Below are positions 39,545 to 52,230 of a stretch of 64,000 nt of DNA, in pieces. The notes beneath the pieces were generated by a model. It had not been told where the DNA came from and did not search any database. It worked only from the letters and a program-made list of their open reading frames with translations. The DNA is from Octopus bimaculoides (Eukaryota): assembly GCF_001194135.2 (NCBI RefSeq), contig NC_069005.1, forward strand, positions 3,133,109-3,197,108, given 5' to 3'. Within the stretch, counting starts at the first letter, position 1. The number at the start of each line of letters is the position of its first letter. The translations under genes were made by a program, and so were the position numbers.

Positions 39545-39762
39545 TATCCTTTTCTACTCTAGGCGTAAGTCCCGAATTTTGTGGGGAGGGAGCGAGACGA
39601 TTAGATCGACCCCAGTAGGCAAGTAGTTCTTAATTTATCGATCCCGAAAGGATGAAAGGCCAAAATGATCTCGGTGGGATTTGAACTCGGAACGTAAACA
39701 AATACGAAATACCGCTAAACATTTCGCCCGACGTGCTAACGATTCTACCATCTCGCCGCCTT
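39545..39762 (-). mobile_element. SINE family B, full length
   Basis: CCTTTTCTACTCTAGGC...GATTAGATCGACCCCAG...TTTATCGATCCCGAAAGGATGAAAGGC...GAACTCGGAACG...AAATACCGCTAAACATTTCGCCCGACGTGCTAACGATTCT...CTCGCCGCCTT. Confidence 0.9.
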
Positions 39763-40312
39763 ATATGGAAAGAACATATCGAACCGGCCGGTCACACATA
39801 CAGATAGACATATACACACACATACATACATACACTTATATTTGCCTACCTTCCAACGTGCCAACCTGTACACCGACTGACCTATCTCCGTACTTACTTA
39901 CCTACATACATCATACATACATATATACATACATGCAGTCTTACATGCGAATATCCATTCATACATACACATATACGAAATGATGTCATAGACACTTGTA
40001 TACTTCAAGCGAAACGCACGTCCTCCACACACACATGTAAGCTATCTATGAGCAGAACACACATATAAACACACACACACACACACACACAGACACACAG
40101 ACAGACACACATACACACAGACACACAGACACGCACAAACATACACCAACCAATTCAGACGGCCGCAAATCCCCAGCACTTAATAAAACAAAGGAACCTT
40201 CCTACTTGGTTTGTGGCCAGCTTCAATTATCCAAATGAAAAAAATAAATCCTAAAGAAAATACACACACACACACACACACACAAACACACACAAACACA
40301 CACACGGTTGTA

Positions 40313-40372
<60 letters not shown>

Positions 40373-40458
40373 GCGTCAAACTAATACACCTGTCTTGTTC
40401 CCTCACCTGCCTTCATCTTTTGTTTTCTGTAAATTTAAACGATATATATATAATATAG

Positions 40459-40698
40459 ATTAGGTGCAAAAGTAGGTATACAGTTATGAGAAAAAGAAAA
40501 AAATCACGTACAATATTCATTTATTTTTCATCAAAAAAATTAAAAGTTTCGATAAAAGTATTATTATAGTTTTCATAAATGCACTTCTGTGATGAATGAC
40601 AGTTAAAATATTAAAACTGAAGCAAACTTCTAAATTTTTTGATAAAAATAAATGAGTATTGCGCGTGATTTCTTTTTCATAACTGTATACCTACTTTT
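40459..40698. mobile_element. Tc1/mariner-type MITE with about 80-bp imperfect TIRs; right end truncated by a SINE fragment
   Basis: The left arm (about 40468-40549) AAAAGTAGGTATACAGTTATGAGAAAAAG...ATCACGTACAATATTCATTTATTTTTCATCAAAAAAATT is the reverse complement of the right arm (40624-40698) ...TTTTTTGATAAAAATAAATGAGTATTGCGCGTGATTTCTTTTTCATAACTGTATACCTACTTTT. The left end TAGGTGCAAAAGT is mariner-like. Confidence 0.8.
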
Positions 40699-40699
40699 C

Positions 40700-40875
40700 C
40701 TCAACAGTGTCTGTGTCTTGTCACATTGTGTGTCACGCTGAATCATCCTGAGAACTACCTTTAGAGTACTCATGACTGTGGAGTGCTCAGCCACTTGCAT
40801 TTTAATTTAACGAGCTGGCTGTTCCGTTGGTAGGATCAGCTGGAAGCCTCGTCGTCGCAACTGACGGAGTTTCAA
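40700..40875 (+). mobile_element. SINE family C, 3' half
   Basis: TTGTCACATTGTGTGTCACGCTGAATC...GAGAACTAC...GTGGAGTGCTCAGCCACTTGCA...GGCTGTTCCGTTG...GGATCAGCTGGAAGCCTCGTCGTCG. Confidence 0.85.
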
Positions 40876-41122
40876 TCTTCTCCTTATATACGCGTAGATA
40901 TATTTGTGAGTATATGATTATTGTTAGCAAGTTGTCCCGTCTGGAACAGGCAAAACTACCAAATAGAAAATACATGTGCTTATGTGTGTTTGCACCCGAA
41001 CTCATTCATACACCTTACACACACCCGTACATATGCACAACCAAGGAAGCGGTACGGGTTGAAACGAAACAGTTTCTCCACATTCATACAAAAATTAATT
41101 ACTATGTAATATTTATTTTAAA

Positions 41123-41423
41123 GTGGAGGCAAATGGCCTAGATGCTAGAGCAGCAGACACGCGCACCAGAGATTGCGTGATCGAATCTCAGACCGGGCGA
41201 TATGTGTGTTTTTGAGCGAAGCACCTAAGCTCCACGGGGTTCCGGCAGAAGGTAGTGGCAAACTTCTGCTGACTTTTTCGCCACAAATTTCTCTCACTCT
41301 TTCCTCCTACATTTAGCAGCCCACCTGAGACATACCGGCGTCCCGTCCAGGTGGCGAACCTATACGCCAATGAAACCGGTAAACCGACCCTTATGAACCA
41401 GGCATGCCTCGAGAAGGAACAAA
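41123..41423 (+). mobile_element. SINE family C variant, full length, with V-domain-like 3' body
   Basis: Head GTGGAGGCAAATGGCCTAG...GATCGAATCTCAGACCGGGCG...TTGAGCGAAGCACCTAAGCTCCACG, shared with the 44307 copy. Body CCGGCGTCCCGTCCAGGTGG. Tail CCCTTATGAACCAGGCATGCCTCGAGAAGGAACAAAC. Confidence 0.8.
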
Positions 41424-43231
41424 CACACACCATGTGTGTTTGTACAAATGCACGCGAACTCATTCATATCCCACACATACATCCATAGTTATACACAACC
41501 AAGGGAGCGGTACGGGTTGCAACGAAACCGTCTCTCTGACAGTAGATCCACATTCATACAGAAATTAATTATTATCTAGCATTTATTTTAATGATTTTGA
41601 AAGCCCTCGGTCAAAATACTAGATATACTTTGAAACAATCGCTCCCTCTCCTATACACCCAGCCTCACACGAACTGGCTCTTCCGTTCGGTGGATCAGCT
41701 GGAACCCTTGTCGCAATCGACGGAATGCCAATCTTCTCTGTGACACGTATACATGTCTGTGTGTATATGATTATTTTTAACAAGTTGTCTCGTCTGGAAC
41801 AGGCAAAACCACCAAATAGAAAATATATATGCTAGTGTTTGTATGTGTGTTTGCACCCGAACTCATTCATACCCGTTACACATACCCTCACATATGCACA
41901 TATGCATATATGAGTATGCGTGTGGATAAAGTTACCCATAACATTTTAGTGGGATGTTTAGCCGGTGCCTGTTGTAAACTCTGGTTTTATACACAACTGT
42001 GGTGGAATGAGTTCTAAAACCATGCTTCGCAGACTGAACGAACTCCTCCATCATCACTACCACCAGTGTCCACTGAAGAAGAGCGCCGGATCCTGAAAAT
42101 TGCATTTAAGAAATATAAGAAACGTTGATAATTAAACTAGAATCGAACCTGGTACCGCTTAACCTGCTCGCATTCGTATACTCATTACATATATACGCGT
42201 CTCTCTCTACCCCTCTCTCTCTCACTTTCACTCTTTCTCTCGACCCAAAATCAAGAATGCAGTATAGTCTCTCCGATTGCAACGCTATGCAGTAAGAGCC
42301 AAAGTTATCCCAGATTACATATTACCGGCTTTAAAAGAAGGTGATAGTCACCTCTTGGTTACGATATCTTTGTATATTTAAAGAGAGATAGAGATAGATA
42401 GACAGATAGACAGACAGACAGACGGACAGACATACAGATACATGGATAGATAGACAGACAGGTAAATAGATAGATAGAGAGATAGGTAGATAGATAGATA
42501 GATATGTAAGTATCTATGTTCATAAACACACATACATACACATAAGCACACACAATTACCGTCAAAATCTGATCGGTCATTCAACAATCTATACAGCCCT
42601 GAGTGAGAAGCGTTTAATTAGCCGTAAGGCATGCTAGAAAGAACAGCAAAATATCTTTGAAATGACATTGATCTGAACTTTAAATAGGACGTGTTGTGTT
42701 ATAAGATATTGAAGGCCTCAACTATTCAGATATACTGGTACCATTAAACGGGAGTGGCACGACTGGAAATCGATTATCAGAGTTATGCCCCTGATAGACT
42801 ACCCCTTAAGCTGAACAACAATGATAATTACTACAGCTCGAATCTACACATTAGCCAGTCAGACAGCCACCTTTCAAGCCAGCCTGCCGACCGGCTCGTA
42901 AGCCGACCAGCATCCGGAAAGTCAGGCAACCGAGTATGCGCTTCAGGTATACACACCTACCTACCTACCTACCTGCCTACCTACATACATACATACAATT
43001 ACACCCACCCACACACACACACACACGCTGATTTCTACGCATGTATATATGAACAAATACGCACACATTCCGATATATCCACACTCGTATACGAACTCAC
43101 TGCAATATATACACACACGCACACATACAAACACACGCACAAACACACATACACACACACACACCGACACATCTAGGATTACATACAAACACTTACTGAT
43201 ATATACACACGCGCACACACACTAGACACAT

Positions 43232-43268
<37 letters not shown>

Positions 43269-44306
43269 AAGATCGATGTATCGAAACTAACATACACAAA
43301 CGCACGGATATATACACATGCGCATACACACACACACATGCACATATACACACGCACACACACATGCACATACACACACACGCACGCAAATTGATTTCTA
43401 CATATGTAGGTATAAACACACATATATACACACATACTCCGATATCTCCATATACACACAATGATACATCCACACGCAGCTACATACATGCATATAAAAA
43501 CACATACACATATACACAACCATATACACAACTCACATACACACACAGACACAAACACATACACACACATACGCGCACACATACATTTACCGATATATAT
43601 ATATACACATGCGCAAACAAACACCCGCGCATACGCCTGTATATGCATCCGTGCACATATATATACAATAAACACGAACACACATTCACATTGATAGCAA
43701 GCTGCACATGTCTGCCACTACTTAATATAGGACGTTTCACATTTCTCATAGCTGGGTATCGGACGTATCTGTGTGGGGGAGCATATGTGCATGCGCGCAT
43801 GCGTGTTTATGCGCATGTTTGTCAGAGTGTGTTGCAGAGATGCACGTATGTATCTATGCATGTGGCAAGTCTCTATACTTGGGTCAACATCTCAAATTTT
43901 CAACTTATATCATGGCAATGTTTTTCTTTTTGTTTTTTTTTACGAATGTTTGGTTTTATAGATTAGAATTTTTTTAGATTTCCTTACATCATATATAAAA
44001 CAGATTGTATACATACATATATATATAGATATGCAGGGCAGGGAATCATCAATTAGTAATAAAATTAATAATTAACAATTCTGCCGGGTAGCTCAGTATG
44101 AAAAAAACCTTCTTCGGTAAAAAATTTATAATCATAAATATATAGGGATTGACAGTAACCTGCTTATATATATATNNNNNNNNNNNNNNNNNNNNNNNNN
44201 NNNNNNNNNNNNNNNNNNNNNNNNNNNNNNNNNNNNNNNNNNNNNNNNNNNNNNNNNNNNNNNNNNNNNNNNNNNNNNNNNNNNNNNNNNNNNNNNNTAT
44301 ATATAT

Positions 44307-44590
44307 GGTGGAGGCGCAATGGCCCAATGTTTAGGGCATGGATCTCGTGGTCATAGGATCGCGGTTTCGATTCCCAGACCGGGCGTTGTGAGTGTTTATT
44401 GAGCGAAAACACCTAAAGCACCACGAGGATCCGACAGGGGATGGTGGCGAACCCTGCTGTACTCTTCCACCACAACTTTCTCTCAGTCTTACTTCCTGTT
44501 TCTGTTGTGCCTGTAATTCAAAGGGCCAGCCTTGTCATACTGTGTCACGCTGAATATCCCCGAGAGGGTACACGTGTCTGTGGAGTGCTG
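44307..44590 (+). mobile_element. SINE family C, well-preserved 5' two-thirds
   Basis: GGTGGAGGCGCAATGGCCCAATG (A-box) ... GGTTTCGATTCCC (B-box) AGACCGGGCGTTGTGAGTGTTTATTGAGCGAAAACACCTAAAGC...TGTGTCACGCTGAATATCCCCGAG. Confidence 0.9.
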
Positions 44591-44923
44591 ATGGACGAGT
44601 TTTCACCCAGACACACGCTGACACACACACACATGCACGTCCATCACAAACACACAGGAACGCAGCAACTCTTATTAGACCGGCCGGTGCTTAACCAGGT
44701 CTCTTTGGGGGTATCGGTGTGTGTGTGGGAGGAAAAACAAAATTCTTCTGCTAGTTCACCGCGAATTGCCATTCAGCTGGCGCTGCTATTGATTTCGGGG
44801 GTAATGCCTTGAGCACCGTGCGAGGAACTACCTAACTCCAAATCGCGAGTGGCCACCTGGTTGAAGAATCAGACGCAGAACAAGCTAGTACAATTAACAA
44901 CCTTTTCCAAAATGTAATTACGC

Positions 44924-44954
<31 letters not shown>

Positions 44955-45175
44955 CCTGTCTGTCTGTCTGTTTATGTATCTATCTATCTAACTATCTTCT
45001 TTTTTCTCTCGGTCTCTTTTGATCGAACTCCCCCCTTTTTTCCTTCCCACGATCCCTTTTGATCGACACCCACCCCTACTTTTTTTTCTCTTCTTCCTTA
45101 CCCCTCCTAAAAAAAAAGCACTACATTGTATTCGTCCCATCTTTGTTGAGCCCTGTGTGGCTAATAAAAGAAATG

Positions 45176-45213
<38 letters not shown>

Positions 45214-46096
45214 ACTATCTATCTATCTATCTATGTATCTATCTATCTATCTATCTATCTATCTAAACATCTGGATACCCATCTGTTTATCTATTGCTTT
45301 CTCTACATAAGTAGGAGAGATCGTGACAGGGACAGAGAGAGATAGAGAGAGAGATAGATAGAGATAGAGAGAGATAAAGAGAGAGTGATAAAGAGAGAGA
45401 GAGGGAGATAAAGAGCGAGAGTGCTGTACAAACATACATACACAATATGTCTTTATTTTCTATTATAGTCCCACACATGCTTTCTCTGTTTTCCTCTGTC
45501 CTTCCGTCACATCCCATATGAATGAGTGTAACATTATTTTATACCCGAAACACACGTTAACCGTTGCGAAACCCGGTACCACACTTGGCACAATCGGAAG
45601 TATACCAGCCGACCACCCGCTTCATGAAGTGGGTTCGTTACCTGGTTGTGACTTACCATCAAGTATCACTGAGACCAGTGGAAGTTAATTGGAAGGTGTA
45701 AAGACGGTGAGACTGTGCGAACGATCCACACCTGTTGAGTGCCTGAGTTTTTCAGTTACGTCCCCAGAATTAACGATTTCGAATCCTGACGTGGCTATGA
45801 CACAGATAAACACGGGCTATCCCCAAAACTAAATTGATTGTAGGATATGGAATACACGATTAAATCCTTACACACACACTCATATATATATATATATACC
45901 CGTCCTGCCCAGCTCTTCGAAACGCCCGTGTTAAAACGGGGTAGCTGATGAAGAAGAATGTTCTCTATGTGGCTTGTGTGTCTTCTCGTCTACGTTTTGT
46001 TTGCAATGTCCTGTACCCAGATATGCACCTATACCTACAGGTGGATGTCGGTATGCACATACCTGTACGTATATATGCATATACTCATTTACTATT

Positions 46097-46176
<80 letters not shown>

Positions 46177-46244
46177 GTACATACATACATACATACATAC
46201 ATACATACATACTTACATACATTCATGTATGTGTGTATTTTATC

Positions 46245-46600
46245 GTTTACTTATTACAGTCATGAGAACGCGGCCGTGCTGGGGCATCTCATTGAGGGGT
46301 TTAAGCGATCAGATCAATTCAGGTGTTGCCTTTTTTTTTTAAACATAGTACTGACTCAATCACAATGGTTTATTGCCGGACCGCTAGCTTACAGGGACGC
46401 AAGCAAACTAACACCCGTCCTGAAGCGGTAGCAGGAGACAAACACAAGCATAAAGACACACATAAACATTATATATATATATATAGATATAGGATGGGCT
46501 TCTTTCAGTTTCCGTCTAGCACATCCACTCAGGGTCCGAGGCTGTAGAAAGATACACGTGCCCAAGTTACTACGGGGTTGAACTGAACTCGGTACGATTA
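46245..46600 (-). mobile_element. Degraded SINE family A
   Basis: CAGTCATGAGAACGCGGCCGTGCTGGGGCA...TTGCCGGACCGCTAGCTTAC...GGGCTTCTTTCAGTTTCCGTCTAG...GTGCCCAAG. Confidence 0.8.
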
Positions 46601-48271
46601 CACATAAAGTCAAGCAATTTGAGTGGGGGGTAGGTAGGAGGACTCATAGGTGGGGCAATAGTTGCAGTTATCAAATCGAGGCAGGACACTATTGGTGATC
46701 TATGTGATTGGACTGCAAAGTCGACCATATCGAGATTTGAACTCATAATGTAAAGATCCAAAACAAATTCGGGAAAAAATAAAAAAAAACATATTTTATT
46801 GAACTCATCGGCAACTCTGCCGTATCAAGGCGAGTGTGCGGTATACACAACCACACATAAACTCGGACACACGCGTATACTGTGACGTAGACATGTACAG
46901 AAGCACACTTACAAACGCTATGTGTGTGTGTATATGTTCGTGTATGTGTTTGAGAGTTTGAGAATGATAGAAAGAGAAAGAGAGAGGCAGAGAGGGGTAG
47001 AGAGAGAGAATGTGTGTGATAAATAGAAAGGGAGCGAGAGAGGCGGTGAGATTAGAACTGGTGCTTGAAAATTAAAATTGGATCGAAACCGACCTGGATC
47101 TGCAGCTGATAGGAACACCAGAGCAACCGGCATCGAAGCGCATAAAGCTTTGTTTCGGAAACTATTCTATATTACAGTAGTTATCAATAACATCGCTTAA
47201 TATATATATATATATATATATATATAGCTTTTTAGCTGCTATTTCTGAACTTCGGTATATGGTGAAGCAACTGTTTGCTGATCCCTTAATTATGTTTATA
47301 TATATATNNNNNNNNNNNNNNNNNNNNNNNNNNNNNNNNNNNNNNNNNNNNNNNNNNNNNNNNNNNNNNNNNNNNNNNNNNNNNNNNNNNNNNNNNNNNN
47401 NNNNNNNNNNNNNNNNNNNNNNNNNNNNNNNNNNNNNNNNNNNNNNNNNNNNNNNNNNNNNNNNNNNNNNNNNNNNNNNNNNNNNNNNNNNNNNNNNNNN
47501 NNNNNNNNNNNNNNNNNNNNNNNNNNNNNNNNNNNNNNNNNNNNNNNNNNNNNNNNNNNNNNNNNNNNNNNNNNNNNNNNNNNNNNNNNNNNNNNNNNNN
47601 NNNNNNNNNNNNNNNNNNNNNNNNNNNNNNNNNNNNNNNNNNNNNNNNNNNNNNNNNNNNNNNNNNNNNNNNNNNNNNNNNNNNNNNNNNNNNNNNNNNN
47701 NNNNNNNNNNNNNNNNNNNNNNNNNNNNNNNNNNNNNNNNNNNNNNNNNNNNNNNNNNNNNNNNNNNNNNNNNNNNNNNNNNNNNNNNNNNNNNNNNNNN
47801 NNNNNNNNNNNNNNNNNNNNNNNNNNNNNNNNNNNNNNNNNNNNNNNNNNNNNNNNNNNNNNNNNNNNNNNNNNNNNNNNNNNNNNNNNNNNNNNNNNNN
47901 NNNNNNNNNNNNNNNNNNNNNNNNNNNNNNNNNNNNNNNNNNNNNNNNNNNNNNNNNNNNNNNNNNNNNNNNNNNNNNNNNNNTATATATATATATATAT
48001 ATATGCAATCAGCTGTATATAATTTATAGATTAATATGTAATATTTTTCGAAGAATTAATGTCGACTTTGATGCAATGTACAACACGCGAATGAATCCGA
48101 ATATATACAAACATACACACATGCACACATATACACACTCACACACTCACACATACACGCACTTACGCACAAAGAGTTTACATGACATTGAAAGAATCGG
48201 CAATAATGTTTTGTTTACATACCTGTACAAACGCACTCAAGTTGTATACACATGCATATGCATACATACAC

Positions 48272-48312
<41 letters not shown>

Positions 48313-48534
48313 TACATATATATATATATATGCTTGTATATAAATACTACATTTTCCGCTTATGTTTATTTGTAAACACATAAGTACCTAAATATGTATT
48401 CTTAAATACATAAATACATACGTACACACACAACATATAGATATATATATACATATATATATGTGTATATATATGTATACATATATATTTATATGTATAA
48501 ACATATATATATATATGCATATATATATATATAC

Positions 48535-48565
<31 letters not shown>

Positions 48566-48719
48566 CTCATACACATACACAAACACGTACACAAACGCAC
48601 ATATATACATACATAAATGTAAATATATATATATGTAAATACCTATGTATATACACGTGTGTATGTAGGGTGGCGCAAACTTAATGTACGTGCACCCGAT
48701 ATATGTATATATGTATATG

Positions 48720-48769
<50 letters not shown>

Positions 48770-48819
48770 TGTGTGTTTCCCCCACACGTGTGGATGTTAC
48801 GTTTTGGCGTTTTACTTAC

Positions 48820-48895
48820 CGTTCATAGCTGCCATGAATCCGATGAAGATCGTGTAAGGATATCCAAAGGAGTTGAAGCGTTGTATATACGTCAT
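48820..48895 (-). CDS. Candidate first coding exon, MTYIQRFNSFGYPYTIFIGFMAAMN + G|gt (phase 1); possible signal peptide or signal anchor; gene unidentified
   Basis: Minus strand: GCCATC-ATG in a good Kozak-like context, with an in-frame TAA 7 codons upstream. It has 25 open codons with a hydrophobic second half and ends in a consensus donor AACG|GTAAGT (48819-48814). It is an island of unique sequence between microsatellites. The upstream sequence is purine-rich, with no polypyrimidine acceptor. Confidence 0.4.
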
Positions 48896-48959
48896 GATGG
48901 CAAAGTATTCGCTTTACTTCGTGCTTGGCTTTCGTCGTTCTATCTACTGCTTGTCTTTT

Positions 48960-49261
48960 TACCTCTTCTATTCCTCTAAAATTCTATTCCTCTATTCCTC
49001 TCTTCCTCTATTCCATTCATTTCCTATCTCCTACACTCTGTTAGTCTCTTTCAAAATCACCGTATTTCTCACCCTCTCTTTTCTCTCTCTCTCTTTATCT
49101 CTTTCTCACCTTCTTTCTATATCTCCTTCTTTATTTTCCTTCCTCTAATACAACAATCCGGCTTTCATTATTTTTCTATTTCTCTCTCTCTCTCTCTTCC
49201 TCGTTCTCTTTCTCTTTCTATCTATCTCACTCTGGATAGTGTTCTACCCCTACTAAACTTA

Positions 49262-49296
<35 letters not shown>

Positions 49297-49822
49297 ACAC
49301 ACACACACACACTCTCTTTCACTCTCTCACTCTCGCCTCATCGCTTACTTTATCTCTAATGCCAGCTCTATATTTTATTTAATTCTTTTCCAACTATCTG
49401 TCTTTCTCCCCCCCCCCCNNNNNNNNNNNNCCCTTCCTCCCTCCCTCCCTCACTCAATCACTCACTCACTCAATCACTCACACACTCCTCATTCTCTCAC
49501 TCACTCACTCACAAATATACTATCTTTCTATTTCTCTTCCCTCCCCTCACAGTCTTTACCCCTCTCTCGTCTTTCACTTCCCCACACTTTTTCTCGTTTT
49601 CCCTCTGTCTCTTTTCCTCTACGACTCTCTCATCTCTCTTTCTCTCATCCTCCTCCTCCCCCCTCTCTATCTCTCTCTTTCTCTCTCTCACTCCTTCTCT
49701 TTCTCTCTCCCTGCCTTATTCGGCCCGTCGTTGTTATTTGTACAGATAGCTTTACTTCATTCGTTCGTTCGGTACGTCCTACCGTACATTCATCCAGTTT
49801 CATGCACGCACACAAGCAAACA

Positions 49823-49887
<65 letters not shown>

Positions 49888-50100
49888 ACACACACACACT
49901 ACACTCTCTCTGTCTCTTTCTCTTTCTCCCTCATACACAAGCTCACATATACACAAACACACTATACGTTCACACTGACACACATTCTTTGCACACTTCG
50001 CTCACATTTACCTCTCACTCACTCTCTCTCTCTCTCTGCCTCTCCACTTTCACTCTCACTTTCCACCACTCTTTTATTTTCACTTTCATTCACTATCGGT
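48960..50100. repeat. About 1.1-kb pyrimidine-rich (CT)n/(CTCA)n/(CA)n tract (purine-rich on the minus strand)
   Basis: Direct reading. Confidence 0.9.
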
Positions 50101-51429
50101 GACCGATGTTGCACGCATGCATACATATATACAGACGTTCACAGACACACGAACGCAAGCGCACATACACCTCAGGGTATACATACGCACACCTATACAT
50201 GTATGCATGTAAACATGCACAAATGCATGCATACATACATGGCTAAAAGTTCATATATGCAGGCATCGGTAAATATATATGTGTATGTAACGATATATAA
50301 TATATTTATAATATATATATATATATATANNNNNNNNNNNNNNNNNNNNNNNNNNNNNNNNNNNNNNNNNNNNNNNNNNNNNNNNNNNNNNNNNNNNNNN
50401 NNNNNNNNNNNNNNNNNNNNNNNNNNNNNNNNNNNNNNNNNNNNNNNNNNNNNNNNNNNNNNNNNNNNNNNNNNNNNNNNNNNNNNNNNNNNNNNNNNNN
50501 NNNNNNNNNNNNNNNNNNNNNNNNNNNNNNNNNNNNNNNNNNNNNNNNNNNNNNNNNNNNNNNNNNNNNNNNNNNNNNNNNNNNNNNNNNNNNNNNNNNN
50601 NNNNNNNNNNNNNNNNNNNNNNNNNNNNNNNNNNNNNNNNNNNNNNNNNNNNNNNNNNNNNTATATATGGGAGAATTTACGAAAAAAAAAACAGATGAGG
50701 ACAGGTGGTGTAATATATACATATGTATGCATCCATATGTAGATAAGCATATATATGTGTGTATGTATATAAAAATATATATGTATATAAACATATATAA
50801 ATATATACATATGTATATATATACATATATATATTAAGGCGAACTCACACACACACGAACTCAGGCATACACATGCACACACACACACATATACACACAC
50901 GCGAACTCACCTATACAGATGCACACACATATACACTCATATATATACATATACATATCTGCGAAAATATTCATACAGAGTTAGATAGGTAGATAGATAG
51001 ATAGAGAGTTTGGTAGGTAGGTAGGTACCTAGACAGGTAAATAAGTAGAGAGAGAAAGAGAGAAAGAGAAAACGAAACAGGGCGAGTGTTCGATAGATAC
51101 GCAGAGAAATAGATACATAGATAAATAATAATACATCTGGATAAATAGATAGATACATTGATTGATAAATTGATAGAAAGATATAAATATTATATTACAC
51201 ACCTTCTCTATACTTCTTTCTCTCGCTGCCACCTCATTTATATCGCTATATATGCGTGATTCGATCATAACTTTTGGTTTTCTTACATTGTTCCCTTCCA
51301 ACTTTCTCTTAGGACCTAACAAAAGAGCATCTCCAACATAAAATGATGCCGCTAAAAAACACATCAAGATCTACCTCATATTACAGCGTGTTCCACACAC
51401 TAAGTACAACACACACACCATATTGTGAT

Positions 51430-51600
51430 TTCAAATTCTGGCACAAGGCCAGTATTTTCGAGGGACTGCTTAAACTGATTACATCGACAAAGGATGAAAG
51501 ACAAAGTCGACCTCGGCCGAATTTGAACTCAGGACGCAAAAACGAGCAAAATGCCTCTAAGCATTTCGTTCGACATGCTAACGACTCCGCTAGCTCACCA
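51430..51600 (-). mobile_element. SINE family B with internal deletion
   Basis: TCTGGCACAAGGCC...GATTACATCGAC|AAAGGATGAAAGACAAAGTCGACCTCGGCCGAATTTGAACTCAG...CTAAGCATTTCG...GCTAACGACTCCGC. Confidence 0.85.
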
Positions 51601-52230
51601 GCTCATATACATTATATATTATATATTATATATATTCTATTATATATGTAATATATAATATATATAATATGTATTATATATTATATCAGCGTGTGTCCGA
51701 AAGATGACAATGTCTAACTTTGATCATATCCAGTGCTTTAAGAGCCAAACCGGGTACTCATTAATGAGAGCCCTTGCAATATGTATATATATATATATAT
51801 ATNNNNNNNNNNNNNNNNNNNNNNNNNNNNNNNNNNNNNNNNNNNNNNNNNNNNNNNNNNNNNNNNNNNNNNNNNNNNNNNNNNNNNNNNNNNNNNNNNN
51901 NNNNNNNNNNNNNNNNNNNNNNNNNNNNNNNNNNNNNNNNNNNNNNNNNNNNNNNNNNNNNNNNNNNNNNNNNNNNNNNNNNNNNNNNNNNNNNNNNNNN
52001 NNNNNNNNNNNNNNNNNNNNNNNNNNNNNNNNNNNNNNNNNNNNNNNNNNNNNNNNNNNNNNNNNNNNNNNNNNNNNNNNNNNNNNNNNNNNNNNNNNNN
52101 NNNNNNNNNNNNNNNNNNNNNNNNNNNNNNNNNNNNNNNNNNNNNNNNNNNNNNNNNNNNNNNNNNNNNNNNNNNNNNNNNNNNNNNNNNNNNNNNNNNN
52201 NNNNNNNNNATATATATATATATATATATA

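Noticed and set aside
44307-44385. tRNA-like sequence with A and B boxes
   Set aside because: It continues directly into a repeated SINE body and lacks a clean cloverleaf, so it is a SINE head and not a tRNA gene. The same applies to the family A and B heads.
51190-51410. Open frames with splice-like signals on both strands (AASFYVGDALLLGPKRK... on minus; DLTKEHLQHK... on plus)
   Set aside because: The two readings compete, the donors are weak, there is no homology, and the plus frame runs into a SINE.
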